From the IMG/VR virus record IMGVR_UViG_3300036781_000280, positions 6,859-70,858 of that record: a DNA stretch of 64,000 nt; one strand, given 5' to 3'. Source of the DNA: a virus. The notes beneath the pieces were generated by a model. It worked only from the letters and a program-made list of their open reading frames with translations, made no database searches and was not told the DNA's origin. Position numbers and translations under genes: made by a program. The first letter of the stretch is position 1. Every line of letters begins with the position of its first letter. Of the stretch, positions 1 to 7,452 are shown piece by piece.

Positions 1-72
1 GACCCGGAGCTGACGGACGCACAACGCGCCGCCGTGTTCGATGCACTGCGCCGCCGCGAGGTGATCTACTAA
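1..72 (+). CDS. 3' end of a hypothetical protein (truncated by window start)
   Basis: Frame 1 open from base 1 (DPELTDAQRAAVFDALRRREVIY) to TAA at 70-72. Confidence 0.45.
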   Translation, partial: DPELTDAQRAAVFDALRRREVIY

Positions 73-84
73 GCTCTGAAGAAA

Positions 85-354
85 GTGAAAAAGGTCTGCC
101 GCAGGTCTGGCAAGGTGAAGTTCGATTCCCACGAACGCGCCATGATCCGCGCCGCCAACGCGATGGCGCAGCCCGGCAACCGCTGTGAGTTCCTGCGCGC
201 GTACGTCTGTGAATTCTGCGGCAAGTGGCACCTCACCTCGCAACCCTTTGGGCGTAATCAACGTCAGCCGCAGTCGGGTGCCCCACGCGGGCCGGACAGT
301 GCCACAGGAGCGCCTGCTCAAATTCGGTCGGCCACCGGCCTCGCCGGAGCATGA
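85..354 (+). CDS. Small phage Zn-binding hypothetical protein
   Basis: C..GKVKF...RAYVCEFCGKWHLTS motif typical of small phage proteins; C-terminal tail overlaps the antisense transglycosylase gene. Confidence 0.6.
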   Translation: MKKVCRRSGKVKFDSHERAMIRAANAMAQPGNRCEFLRAYVCEFCGKWHLTSQPFGRNQRQPQSGAPRGPDSATGAPAQIRSATGLAGA

Positions 355-589
355 ACCGCGCGGATCGCGCGTTCAGCTCCTGCACCACCGCCCGGCGCGC
401 GCTGGCTTGATCAGTCCAGACGGTGCCGGGATAATCGCGGCGAACGTACTCCATGACCTGCCAGCGGGATACCTCCCCAGACCGCCCATGCGCGGTGTCG
501 TTGTTGCCGGACTCAACTAGTGAAAGCCTTTCAAGGAATCCGGCGTGACACGAAAGGGCGGTAAGGATTGTCAATAAAATCGCCTTCAT
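233..589 (-). CDS. Lysozyme-like/lytic transglycosylase protein with N-terminal signal peptide
   Basis: MKAILLTILTALSCHA signal-like start; LSLVESGNN catalytic Glu motif, GEVSRWQV, WHCP and terminal DYAQRV motif of SLT-like folds. Confidence 0.7.
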   Translation of the reverse strand: MKAILLTILTALSCHAGFLERLSLVESGNNDTAHGRSGEVSRWQVMEYVRRDYPGTVWTDQASARRAVVQELNARSARFMLRRGRWPTEFEQALLWHCPARVGHPTAADVDYAQRVAR

Positions 590-633
590 GCCGACACCGT
601 ACACGCTGGTTTTAAAATTTCGATAAAAATATG

Positions 634-662
634 TTGCCGCCGGATGACAACTGTGGCAATAT
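634..662 (+). promoter_or_regulatory. Sigma70-like promoter with 14-bp palindromic operator
   Basis: TTGCCG-17bp-CAATAT; TGACAACTGTGGCA at 645-658. Confidence 0.55.
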
Positions 663-714
663 CGGCGCTGTCAGAGAAATCTGACCGGTCTTGAGACGAC
701 CGACGAAGTTAAAA

Positions 715-831
715 ATGAACCATCAAAAATTAAATCCTGCTGCTGTTGTCGCGCCTTCAAAGTGCCTTCGGGCCGCTTCGTCGTCTCACGCTACTTCGGC
801 GGCAGGATTTAGTCTTTGGGGGTTTGTATGA
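715..831 (+). CDS. Putative 38-aa leader peptide in a structured leader
   Basis: ATG 715 to TGA 829-831, overlapping the HNH ATG (ATGA coupling); spans interleaved complementary segments. Confidence 0.4.
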   Translation: MNHQKLNPAAVVAPSKCLRAASSSHATSAAGFSLWGFV

Positions 832-1217
832 GTCGCCGTAAATCCTACACTGAAAAGTTGCGCGACCGGAGATGGCAAAAACGACGGCTTGAAATTCTTC
901 AGCGCGATCACTTCTGCTGCCAATATCCGGGGTGCACAAGCACCACATCAATGCTCGATGTTCACCACCGGGCCTATCTTCGGAATACTGATCCGTGGAA
1001 CTATCCCAACTACGCGCTTATCACATTCTGTCAGGCGCATCACAAGATCGAGCAAAACCGGATGGAGGAGGCGCATATGGCCATCGCCCGAAACCCTGTT
1101 CTGATCGAATACTGCATTGAACACGGAAAGTTGGAAGCCGCTAGAACAATCCGCTGGCCGGAAACAGCCACGGCTTTTAAGCCCTCATTTGACGAGATCA
1201 GAAAATCAATCGCATGA
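828..1217 (+). CDS. HNH endonuclease
   Basis: YTEKLRDRRWQKRRLEILQRD..CQ..C..LDVHH..PWNYP..LITFC..HH; precedes the replication initiator. Confidence 0.8.
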   Translation: MSRRKSYTEKLRDRRWQKRRLEILQRDHFCCQYPGCTSTTSMLDVHHRAYLRNTDPWNYPNYALITFCQAHHKIEQNRMEEAHMAIARNPVLIEYCIEHGKLEAARTIRWPETATAFKPSFDEIRKSIA

Positions 1218-2041
1218 ACCGACCATCTTTTCAATTTTATCCCGGCGATTGGCGCGGCAATGCCAACCTTCGACGCTGCTCGCTCTCTGCGCGCGGGGCT
1301 TGGGTTGACATCATGTGCGTGCTTCACGACAGCGATGAATATGGCGTCGTCAGATGGCCGCTGGATGAACTGGCCCAAGCCGCAGGCATAACCTTGGAGC
1401 TGGTGCAGGAGTTGTATCGCAAGCAAGTCCTCAAGGGATCGGATACGGGCATGGATGCCTTCACGCACACAACCCGCCATGCCGGTCAAACTGGCGACAC
1501 GCATACCTTGATTCCAGCTACCAAGGAGCCTTGTTGGTATTCTAGCCGAATGGTTCGGGATGAATGGTTACGGAACCAGAGGGGCGGAAACACCCGTTTT
1601 TCGTCTGAAAAACAACCCACCCGTTCACCAATCGCACGGGTGGGTGAACGGGTGGGAGACGGCGCTTCTTCTTCTTCTTCATCTTCTATATCTCCACCAA
1701 GGGTGGAGGCGGTTAAAAAATCCGTAAAAAATCCAAATCACGAAGCCTTCATAAAAGGATGGGTCGAAAATTACAAATCTAAGTTTGGGGTTGATTATCA
1801 GTTCGATGGGGGTCGGGACGGAAAGGCGGTTAAGCAGCTTTTGTCGATGGGTATTTTACTTATCGACCTGCTTGAAATCGCCAAAAAGGCGTGGAACATG
1901 CCAGCCGTGTCATTCGCCTGCCGTCAGGCTAGAACAATCAATGGATTTCACCACCAGTTTAATCCAATTCAAACCGAGGTTCGAAACGGATCATCAAGAC
2001 AAGCGGCAGCAGCGGGTCGCCCAGCCGGAGGAAATTTCTGA
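1214..2041 (+). CDS. Phage replication initiator (YdaU/DUF1376-like N-terminus)
   Basis: RPSFQFYPGDW..LSLSARGAW N-terminal motif, Ser-rich linker, immediately upstream of the DnaB helicase. Confidence 0.75.
   Translation: MNRPSFQFYPGDWRGNANLRRCSLSARGAWVDIMCVLHDSDEYGVVRWPLDELAQAAGITLELVQELYRKQVLKGSDTGMDAFTHTTRHAGQTGDTHTLIPATKEPCWYSSRMVRDEWLRNQRGGNTRFSSEKQPTRSPIARVGERVGDGASSSSSSSISPPRVEAVKKSVKNPNHEAFIKGWVENYKSKFGVDYQFDGGRDGKAVKQLLSMGILLIDLLEIAKKAWNMPAVSFACRQARTINGFHHQFNPIQTEVRNGSSRQAAAAGRPAGGNF
1591..1690. repeat. Candidate replication origin: iteron-like repeats and 14-bp inverted repeat inside the initiator gene
   Basis: CCCACCCGTTCACC (1616-1629) / GGTGAACGGGTGGG (1643-1656); CACCCGT core occurs four times; followed by a (TCT)n tract. 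Confidence 0.5.
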
Positions 2042-3330
2042 TGAATGACAGATTGCCGCCACACGCCCCAGAATCTGAGCAGTGCGTAATCGGCTGCTGC
2101 CTGCTGGAGCCTAATAAGTGCATGAGCGAATCTCAGATGGTTATAAAGAGCCGTGATTATTTTTACACCGTTGCCAGCCAGATGGTTTGGGATGTCATGT
2201 GCTCAATGCGTGCCGACGAAATAAATCTTGTGACTGTTCTTCAAAGGGTTGTGGATGACTCAAGCATGGAGAAAGGTGCGGCTTTAGAATTTTTATCACG
2301 TTGTCAGGACATTGTGACCAGCTCTGCCAACTTGGCGACATGGATTCGAGAGGTTGAGCAAAAATATATTCTTAGGTCGGTAATAGCGACGTGCACAGAC
2401 GCAATAGCCTTGGCTTACGAGCACGAAGATGCGACGACCGTTCTTGACTCAGTGGAGTCGCGCGTGCTTCAAATCCGTCCATCAGCCCATTCATCAAGGT
2501 CAATCAAGCAATTATTCAACGACTCCCTTGGGCTGATCGAGGCGCGCAGCCAAAACTGGGATACAATCACAGGTTACAGCACTGGACTACCCGATCTCGA
2601 CCAGCTTACCGATGGAATTCACGGTGGAGAATTTATTGTCATAGGCGCACCAACATCGTGCGGGAAAACAGCCTTGGCTTTGAACATTGTAGTCCATAAT
2701 GCGCTTGCAAAAATTCCATCAGCGATCCTGTCGGCGGAGATGCAGCCAGTAAAGCTTGCGATCAGAACGATCTGCTCAGAAGCCCGTTCAAATTTTAGAA
2801 AGATGGCAGAGCCGGATATTGTGCGGATGATTCATTCTGCCGGTAAAATAGCAAACTCTCCAATCTACATTGAGAATATAAATGGATTCACTATTGGTCA
2901 AACAAGGGCGCTTGCCCGGAGGTTGAAGCAAAAATTTGGAATCAAGATCATGGTGATAGAAAACATTCAGCTCCTCGTCGGAACTGGCGATAACCGTGAA
3001 CAGCAGATAGCCGACATTAGCCGTGGCATGAAAGGAATAGCCCTTGAGCTGGATATGGCTGTGCTTGGTCTTTCCCAATTAAATGATGACGACCGACTTC
3101 GTGAGAGTCGGGCTATTGGGCATGATGCCGATTCGGTTTGGATTTTAAAAAATAAAGGAGAGTGGAAACCCGATATTCAGCCGGTGAATTTACAGGTCGA
3201 AAAGTGCCGCGATGGCGAAACTGGAAAAATTGAGATTTTATTTTATAAAACCCATACGAGATTTGAATCAGCCGTGAAGTTCGCCGACAAAGATGTTCCA
3301 GACCCCAGAGATTATGTCAAAAAAATCTGA
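2041..3330 (+). CDS. dnaB: Replicative DNA helicase
   Basis: RLPPHAPESEQCVIG N-terminus, TGLPDLD, Walker A GAPTSCGKT, LSQLN, RESRAIGHDAD, KCRDGETG. Confidence 0.93.
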   Translation: MNDRLPPHAPESEQCVIGCCLLEPNKCMSESQMVIKSRDYFYTVASQMVWDVMCSMRADEINLVTVLQRVVDDSSMEKGAALEFLSRCQDIVTSSANLATWIREVEQKYILRSVIATCTDAIALAYEHEDATTVLDSVESRVLQIRPSAHSSRSIKQLFNDSLGLIEARSQNWDTITGYSTGLPDLDQLTDGIHGGEFIVIGAPTSCGKTALALNIVVHNALAKIPSAILSAEMQPVKLAIRTICSEARSNFRKMAEPDIVRMIHSAGKIANSPIYIENINGFTIGQTRALARRLKQKFGIKIMVIENIQLLVGTGDNREQQIADISRGMKGIALELDMAVLGLSQLNDDDRLRESRAIGHDADSVWILKNKGEWKPDIQPVNLQVEKCRDGETGKIEILFYKTHTRFESAVKFADKDVPDPRDYVKKI

Positions 3331-3517
3331 GCGACAATTTTCCATCGTGTACATGCGCGTGTGTCACGCCGAAAACCTGATCCATAAAATTTCAAATTCT
3401 GATCCCGAGCTGCATAAGCTGCGCGAGATTGATGAGCTGCTGCTGGAGGCGCGCCAAAATATCCGCCTGCTTAAAAAACGCGCATCCAAAAATGCCGGAA
3501 CTGCAAGGCTCAGATAA
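3314..3517 (+). CDS. Hypothetical protein
   Basis: ATG overlapping the dnaB end; helical composition. Confidence 0.5.
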   Translation: MSKKSERQFSIVYMRVCHAENLIHKISNSDPELHKLREIDELLLEARQNIRLLKKRASKNAGTARLR

Positions 3518-3588
3518 CTGATGGCCGCTGCCTGAACCATGCGTGTGAAACCGATCCGCATTACCGGGACATCAATTACAGATAAAGC

Positions 3589-3622
3589 TTGCAACGAATG
3601 ACAAATATGTCAAAGTAAAAAT
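3589..3622 (+). promoter_or_regulatory. Promoter with 14-bp palindromic operator, leaderless start
   Basis: TTGCAA-16bp-CAAAGT; TGACAAATATGTCA at 3599-3612; ATG at 3623. Confidence 0.55.
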
Positions 3623-3796
3623 ATGACCGACAAGGAAATCTTAATTAAATTCTTGGAAGATTCAGGATACGAACCTTGCCCAGATCACATGCCGTGCAAA
3701 TGGAGCCCTCCGTCGGATAACAAGGGATTGGATTTTCCCTACATTGATACCAATCAGGTAGAAACCATTTCAGAATTTTGGGGCTCACATGGATGA
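3623..3796 (+). CDS. Small hypothetical protein (57 aa, below ORF-track cutoff)
   Basis: MTDKEILIKFLEDSGYEPC...; directly after a promoter. Confidence 0.5.
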   Translation: MTDKEILIKFLEDSGYEPCPDHMPCKWSPPSDNKGLDFPYIDTNQVETISEFWGSHG

Positions 3797-3851
3797 AATT
3801 ATTAAATCTAGAATAGCTGAAGCGGTGGCTGGGGATGATTGGTAATTTAAA

Positions 3852-4388
3852 ATGAAATCACCAACCCGAAAACCCTGCCGCATCCGCAACTGCCGCCGCA
3901 CGGTCGGCCCGGCTGAGCACAGCGACAAGTGCCACAAGCACCGGCTCAGGGCGTGGCGCGAGAAGCACCCAATCGCCTATGCGTTTGGGAACCTCAAGCG
4001 CAGGGCGCGCGGGCGTGGGGTGGTTTGCACCCTGACCTTGGCCGAGTACGCGGAATTCGCCGAGAAGAACGATCTGATGAAACTGCGCGGCAAGTCCTCG
4101 ATGTCACTGAGCGTTGACAGGATTGAAGCCAGCCTTGGGTATCATCGCTGGAATCTTCAGGCGATCACGCTGAGGGAAAATTCACGCAAGAGCTGGGTGC
4201 CGTATTTCAATGGCGGTTTGAAATTAAAACATCTGCCATCTGAAATCCGCAGGATGGATGTCGAGTACCGAACTCAATGTGAGGCGTTGGCTGAGCGGCT
4301 TGGCAAGACATACCAAAAAGGAACTGAAAATTTTTGGAAAGTGTTTCAGCGTTTAAAAATCGAACTATTTGAAACCCTACCGATCTGA
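3852..4388 (+). CDS. HNH-like endonuclease
   Basis: NLKRRARGRG..TLTLAEY..SVDRIE..GYHRWNLQ..ENSRK motif. Confidence 0.65.
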   Translation: MKSPTRKPCRIRNCRRTVGPAEHSDKCHKHRLRAWREKHPIAYAFGNLKRRARGRGVVCTLTLAEYAEFAEKNDLMKLRGKSSMSLSVDRIEASLGYHRWNLQAITLRENSRKSWVPYFNGGLKLKHLPSEIRRMDVEYRTQCEALAERLGKTYQKGTENFWKVFQRLKIELFETLPI

Positions 4389-4406
4389 ACCGCTAAAAAT
4401 CAATTC

Positions 4407-4622
4407 ATGCTAAAGCCCTACAAAAGTAAATCATTAAAAAGCGCAGAGCGCATGGTTCGAAACCTTCGCAGACAAATCAGCCAGCGCGATGCGTTGCTGA
4501 ATGTTTTCGATAGGGACAGAAGGCTTATGGCCAAGCTTGCTGCCGAAGCACCTCAATTTTCAAATCCAATCACAGTGATGGAGGCTAAAAAGCTGCGCGA
4601 TGAAATCTTAAATTTGGAATAA
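4407..4622 (+). CDS. Hypothetical protein
   Basis: ORF fills the gap in a tightly packed operon. Confidence 0.55.
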   Translation: MLKPYKSKSLKSAERMVRNLRRQISQRDALLNVFDRDRRLMAKLAAEAPQFSNPITVMEAKKLRDEILNLE

Positions 4623-4623
4623 A

Positions 4624-5553
4624 ATGAATCTCCTGATCATCGACGGCAGCAACATCGCCATGCGCGCTTCGTTCGGCGGCGAGATTCCTCCTGAAAAATC
4701 AACGCCGACTGCGACCGGCATGATTGAGCGGGCGATCCGGGAACTAAAGGCTGACCATTTTATGGTCGCGCTGGACTGTCCGCGTTCTGAAACGTGGCGA
4801 AAAAAACTGTACCTGGAATACAAGGCGAACCGAACCAGCGACACCAAGCCGTGGATCGACGCGGCATTCTCCGAATGGAGTAAAATGGGCTGGTGGGTGG
4901 AGCGGGTTGCCACCTTCGAAGCCGACGATCTGATCGCCACCATTTCGAGCAGGGCGACCGAAAGTTTCGAAGTGCTGGTGCTGTCAACAGACACCGATCT
5001 GTTGCAGATCGCCAGCGAAAACATCTGCGTCTGCAAGCCGGTCAATGGCGGCGGTGTTTCAGCCATGACCATTGAAATGATCTGCACCCGGCATGGCATC
5101 GCATACCCGGAACTGATTGTCGATCTCAAGGCGCTGATCGGCGAAGATGGCGATAATGTTCCGGGCATTGAGGGCATCGGCCCGGTGCGCGCCAACGAGC
5201 TGCTTCTAAAGTACGGAATGCTGGAGGATGTGATCGCTGCCGGTGTGGAGAATCGCTGCAAGATGTCAGCCAAGGTCGCGCAGCACGCCGACACGGCAAG
5301 GCTGGCCAAAAGACTCATCTCGCTCGACAAGTCAGCGCCCGTCGAGAATTTATTGCTGAAGCTTTACAGCGCGGGCGCTGGATATTTTTTGAAGGCACCG
5401 TCAATGATCGAGGACGAGCAGCGCGAGTACCTGTACCATCATGTGGAGCGGCTTGGAATTCTTGGCGCGGACAAGAACCCGTCGCGCGCCCACATCGAAA
5501 TGGCGATCATGGAAGCGGAGTCGGCGGTGGAAAGAATGAGGGCCAGCGCATGA
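4624..5553 (+). CDS. 5'-3' exonuclease/flap endonuclease (Pol I N-terminal-like)
   Basis: LIIDGSN, YKANR, EADDLIAT, DTDLLQ, ALIGEDGDNVPGIEGIGP motifs. Confidence 0.92.
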   Translation: MNLLIIDGSNIAMRASFGGEIPPEKSTPTATGMIERAIRELKADHFMVALDCPRSETWRKKLYLEYKANRTSDTKPWIDAAFSEWSKMGWWVERVATFEADDLIATISSRATESFEVLVLSTDTDLLQIASENICVCKPVNGGGVSAMTIEMICTRHGIAYPELIVDLKALIGEDGDNVPGIEGIGPVRANELLLKYGMLEDVIAAGVENRCKMSAKVAQHADTARLAKRLISLDKSAPVENLLLKLYSAGAGYFLKAPSMIEDEQREYLYHHVERLGILGADKNPSRAHIEMAIMEAESAVERMRASA

Positions 5554-5756
5554 GCCGGAACGCATTGTCTGAAAAGCCGTTTGATCACGCGGCTGAAGAA
5601 AAGAAGTTCGAAAGCTGGGTTGCCATTGCCAGACGGGTGATTCGGGGCGATTACAATAAATCCGACAGCAGCACGATTATGAGCATCACCATCGGCATTC
5701 GTGGATGCAAGCATCCCGATTGCCAGCGGGCGCTGGCGGTGCTCAAGGTTTTATGA
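5550..5756 (+). CDS. Hypothetical protein
   Basis: ATGA-coupled to both neighbours. Confidence 0.55.
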   Translation: MSRNALSEKPFDHAAEEKKFESWVAIARRVIRGDYNKSDSSTIMSITIGIRGCKHPDCQRALAVLKVL

Positions 5757-6001
5757 GCACCATCGAATACATCTGGAACGCCGAAAAGCGTGATCCTGAA
5801 AAAGCCATCAGGATTAAAATGCAACTGGAGATGTTACATAAAGAAAAAGCCATTGTCTGCAACTGCGGGCTGCGCCGACATTTTTCAACCGCTTACCGGT
5901 GTCTTTACTGCGGCGAGTATTTCTGCTTCACCTGTGCAGAGGCCCATTTTGGAAAAACGGTAAAACAGTGGATTGCCGACAAGGACGCCGAAAATAAATG
6001 A
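5753..6001 (+). CDS. Zn-finger hypothetical protein
   Basis: CNC..YRCLYCGEYFCFTCAEAHF. Confidence 0.6.
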   Translation: MSTIEYIWNAEKRDPEKAIRIKMQLEMLHKEKAIVCNCGLRRHFSTAYRCLYCGEYFCFTCAEAHFGKTVKQWIADKDAENK

Positions 6002-6660
6002 GCATTGAAAATTTAAGGCTGATTTTTAATCAGGCCACCAAGGCTGATCTGGTTGACGGTCGCGGATCATACCGGCGATACAACAAGATCATGCGGATGA
6101 TGGGTGGAAATCACGGATACAGCCACCGGATTGCCGCCGCAGTTTTCTGCGCCCTGTCGCCAAACAATGACTATAATGGAAATCTTCGTGACGCGCGCAA
6201 CCTTTTGAAAAACCACCGGGCTGGTCGATCCATCGAAGATTTCAAGGTCAGCACCTATGGCAACAACAAGCGGAAAGCTTGGGCGCTGGCGGGCGGCGCT
6301 GATCCGCTGTCGCTGATCCTCGCCCCCAAAACCCGCAGCTTCTACCTCAACGTGTGCGATCCAACCGACCCTGAGCCGGTAACGGTTGATGGCCACATCC
6401 ACAACTGTTGGAGTGGAAAGCGAATGAGCCTCGTTGGATTGCGGACGCTTGGGAATTACGATGAGGTTGCCGCCGCCGTGCGGCTGCTGGCGTTCGAAAA
6501 TAAAATGGTGCCCTGCGAGATGCAGGGCGTGCTCTGGTTCACATGGAAGCGGATTCACAGCATCCTTAACAGTGGTCAAACCACGTTCTGGCATGACGAC
6601 ATGGTTTGCGCCGGAATTGGATTTCATCTGACGCAGGAAATAAGCGAGGTGATGGCATGA
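5998..6660 (+). CDS. Conserved phage protein, possible HhH-GPD/DNA-glycosylase-like fold
   Basis: AAAVFCALSP, PKTRSFYLN, PVTVDGH, MQGVLWFTWKR motifs. Confidence 0.55.
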   Translation: MSIENLRLIFNQATKADLVDGRGSYRRYNKIMRMMGGNHGYSHRIAAAVFCALSPNNDYNGNLRDARNLLKNHRAGRSIEDFKVSTYGNNKRKAWALAGGADPLSLILAPKTRSFYLNVCDPTDPEPVTVDGHIHNCWSGKRMSLVGLRTLGNYDEVAAAVRLLAFENKMVPCEMQGVLWFTWKRIHSILNSGQTTFWHDDMVCAGIGFHLTQEISEVMA

Positions 6661-7184
6661 CCATTTTCGAAACCAGAACGACGTGGCGAGGAATTCCGAA
6701 GGCACCCCTGCATCAAAAGATTTGTGTTTTCGAAAATTTAGCAGCCTTCAAAACAGAAAAGGAGATGGGCGATTACCACGCCAGATTCTGCCCGTCGTGC
6801 TCGATTTACCGAAAGTGGAAATGCCCGGTGTGCAACGGGTATCATTTTCTGGCCAAGGAGGTGCCGGGCTCTGGCGGATCATCCGGCAACCAGCGGGAAG
6901 TTGAGGAACACCTTCCGCGCGCGGAGTGGGAAGGAAAAATTGAGCCGCAAATTCCGGGTCAGAAACTTTACGTTTTTGAGGTCGGGTCGGGAAACCACGA
7001 TGGGCTGGCTGAATCGCTTACCAAGATCGTCAAGACACTCCACGATGATGGCGCGCCCATTGATTTGTCCGACCTTGAATCGCCATGTTTTCAGGTTGCC
7101 ATGTCCAACATCCATCACAAGCGAACCCCCAACGGCGGGATGATTTTTGGATGGCACAAGCAGGGGCTTGCGCTGATCGAGTAG
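6657..7184 (+). CDS. Hypothetical protein with CxxC pairs
   Basis: CPSC..WKCPVCNGYH; ATGA-coupled. Confidence 0.55.
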   Translation: MTIFETRTTWRGIPKAPLHQKICVFENLAAFKTEKEMGDYHARFCPSCSIYRKWKCPVCNGYHFLAKEVPGSGGSSGNQREVEEHLPRAEWEGKIEPQIPGQKLYVFEVGSGNHDGLAESLTKIVKTLHDDGAPIDLSDLESPCFQVAMSNIHHKRTPNGGMIFGWHKQGLALIE

Positions 7185-7195
7185 ATTGAAATCTG

Positions 7196-7230
7196 TTGAC
7201 CTCCTCGGCTTTGGGTGCTAAGACAGCACT
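7196..7230 (+). promoter_or_regulatory. Promoter for the ejection-protein operon (leaderless)
   Basis: TTGACC-17bp-TAAGAC-6bp-ATG. Confidence 0.55.
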
Positions 7231-7452
7231 ATGGCAGCAACGACGGATAAGGACAGGTTGATCAACCGTTCGGACATCAGCGGTGTAAATCCGATCCCGA
7301 CCTTGAAATTTCCGGCGTTGCCACAGCGAATAGTTCAGATTGATCCCGCAGGTTGCGCCGCTTATCAGCAGCAGCTTGAGCAAAGTTTTGCTGACTGGGT
7401 TCAAAAAGTGAATGTCGTTACAAACGGCTTGGCCAGCCAAATAAAAACGTGA
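7231..7452 (+). CDS. Small virion-associated hypothetical protein
   Basis: First gene of the operon, overlaps the next start. Confidence 0.55.
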   Translation: MAATTDKDRLINRSDISGVNPIPTLKFPALPQRIVQIDPAGCAAYQQQLEQSFADWVQKVNVVTNGLASQIKT

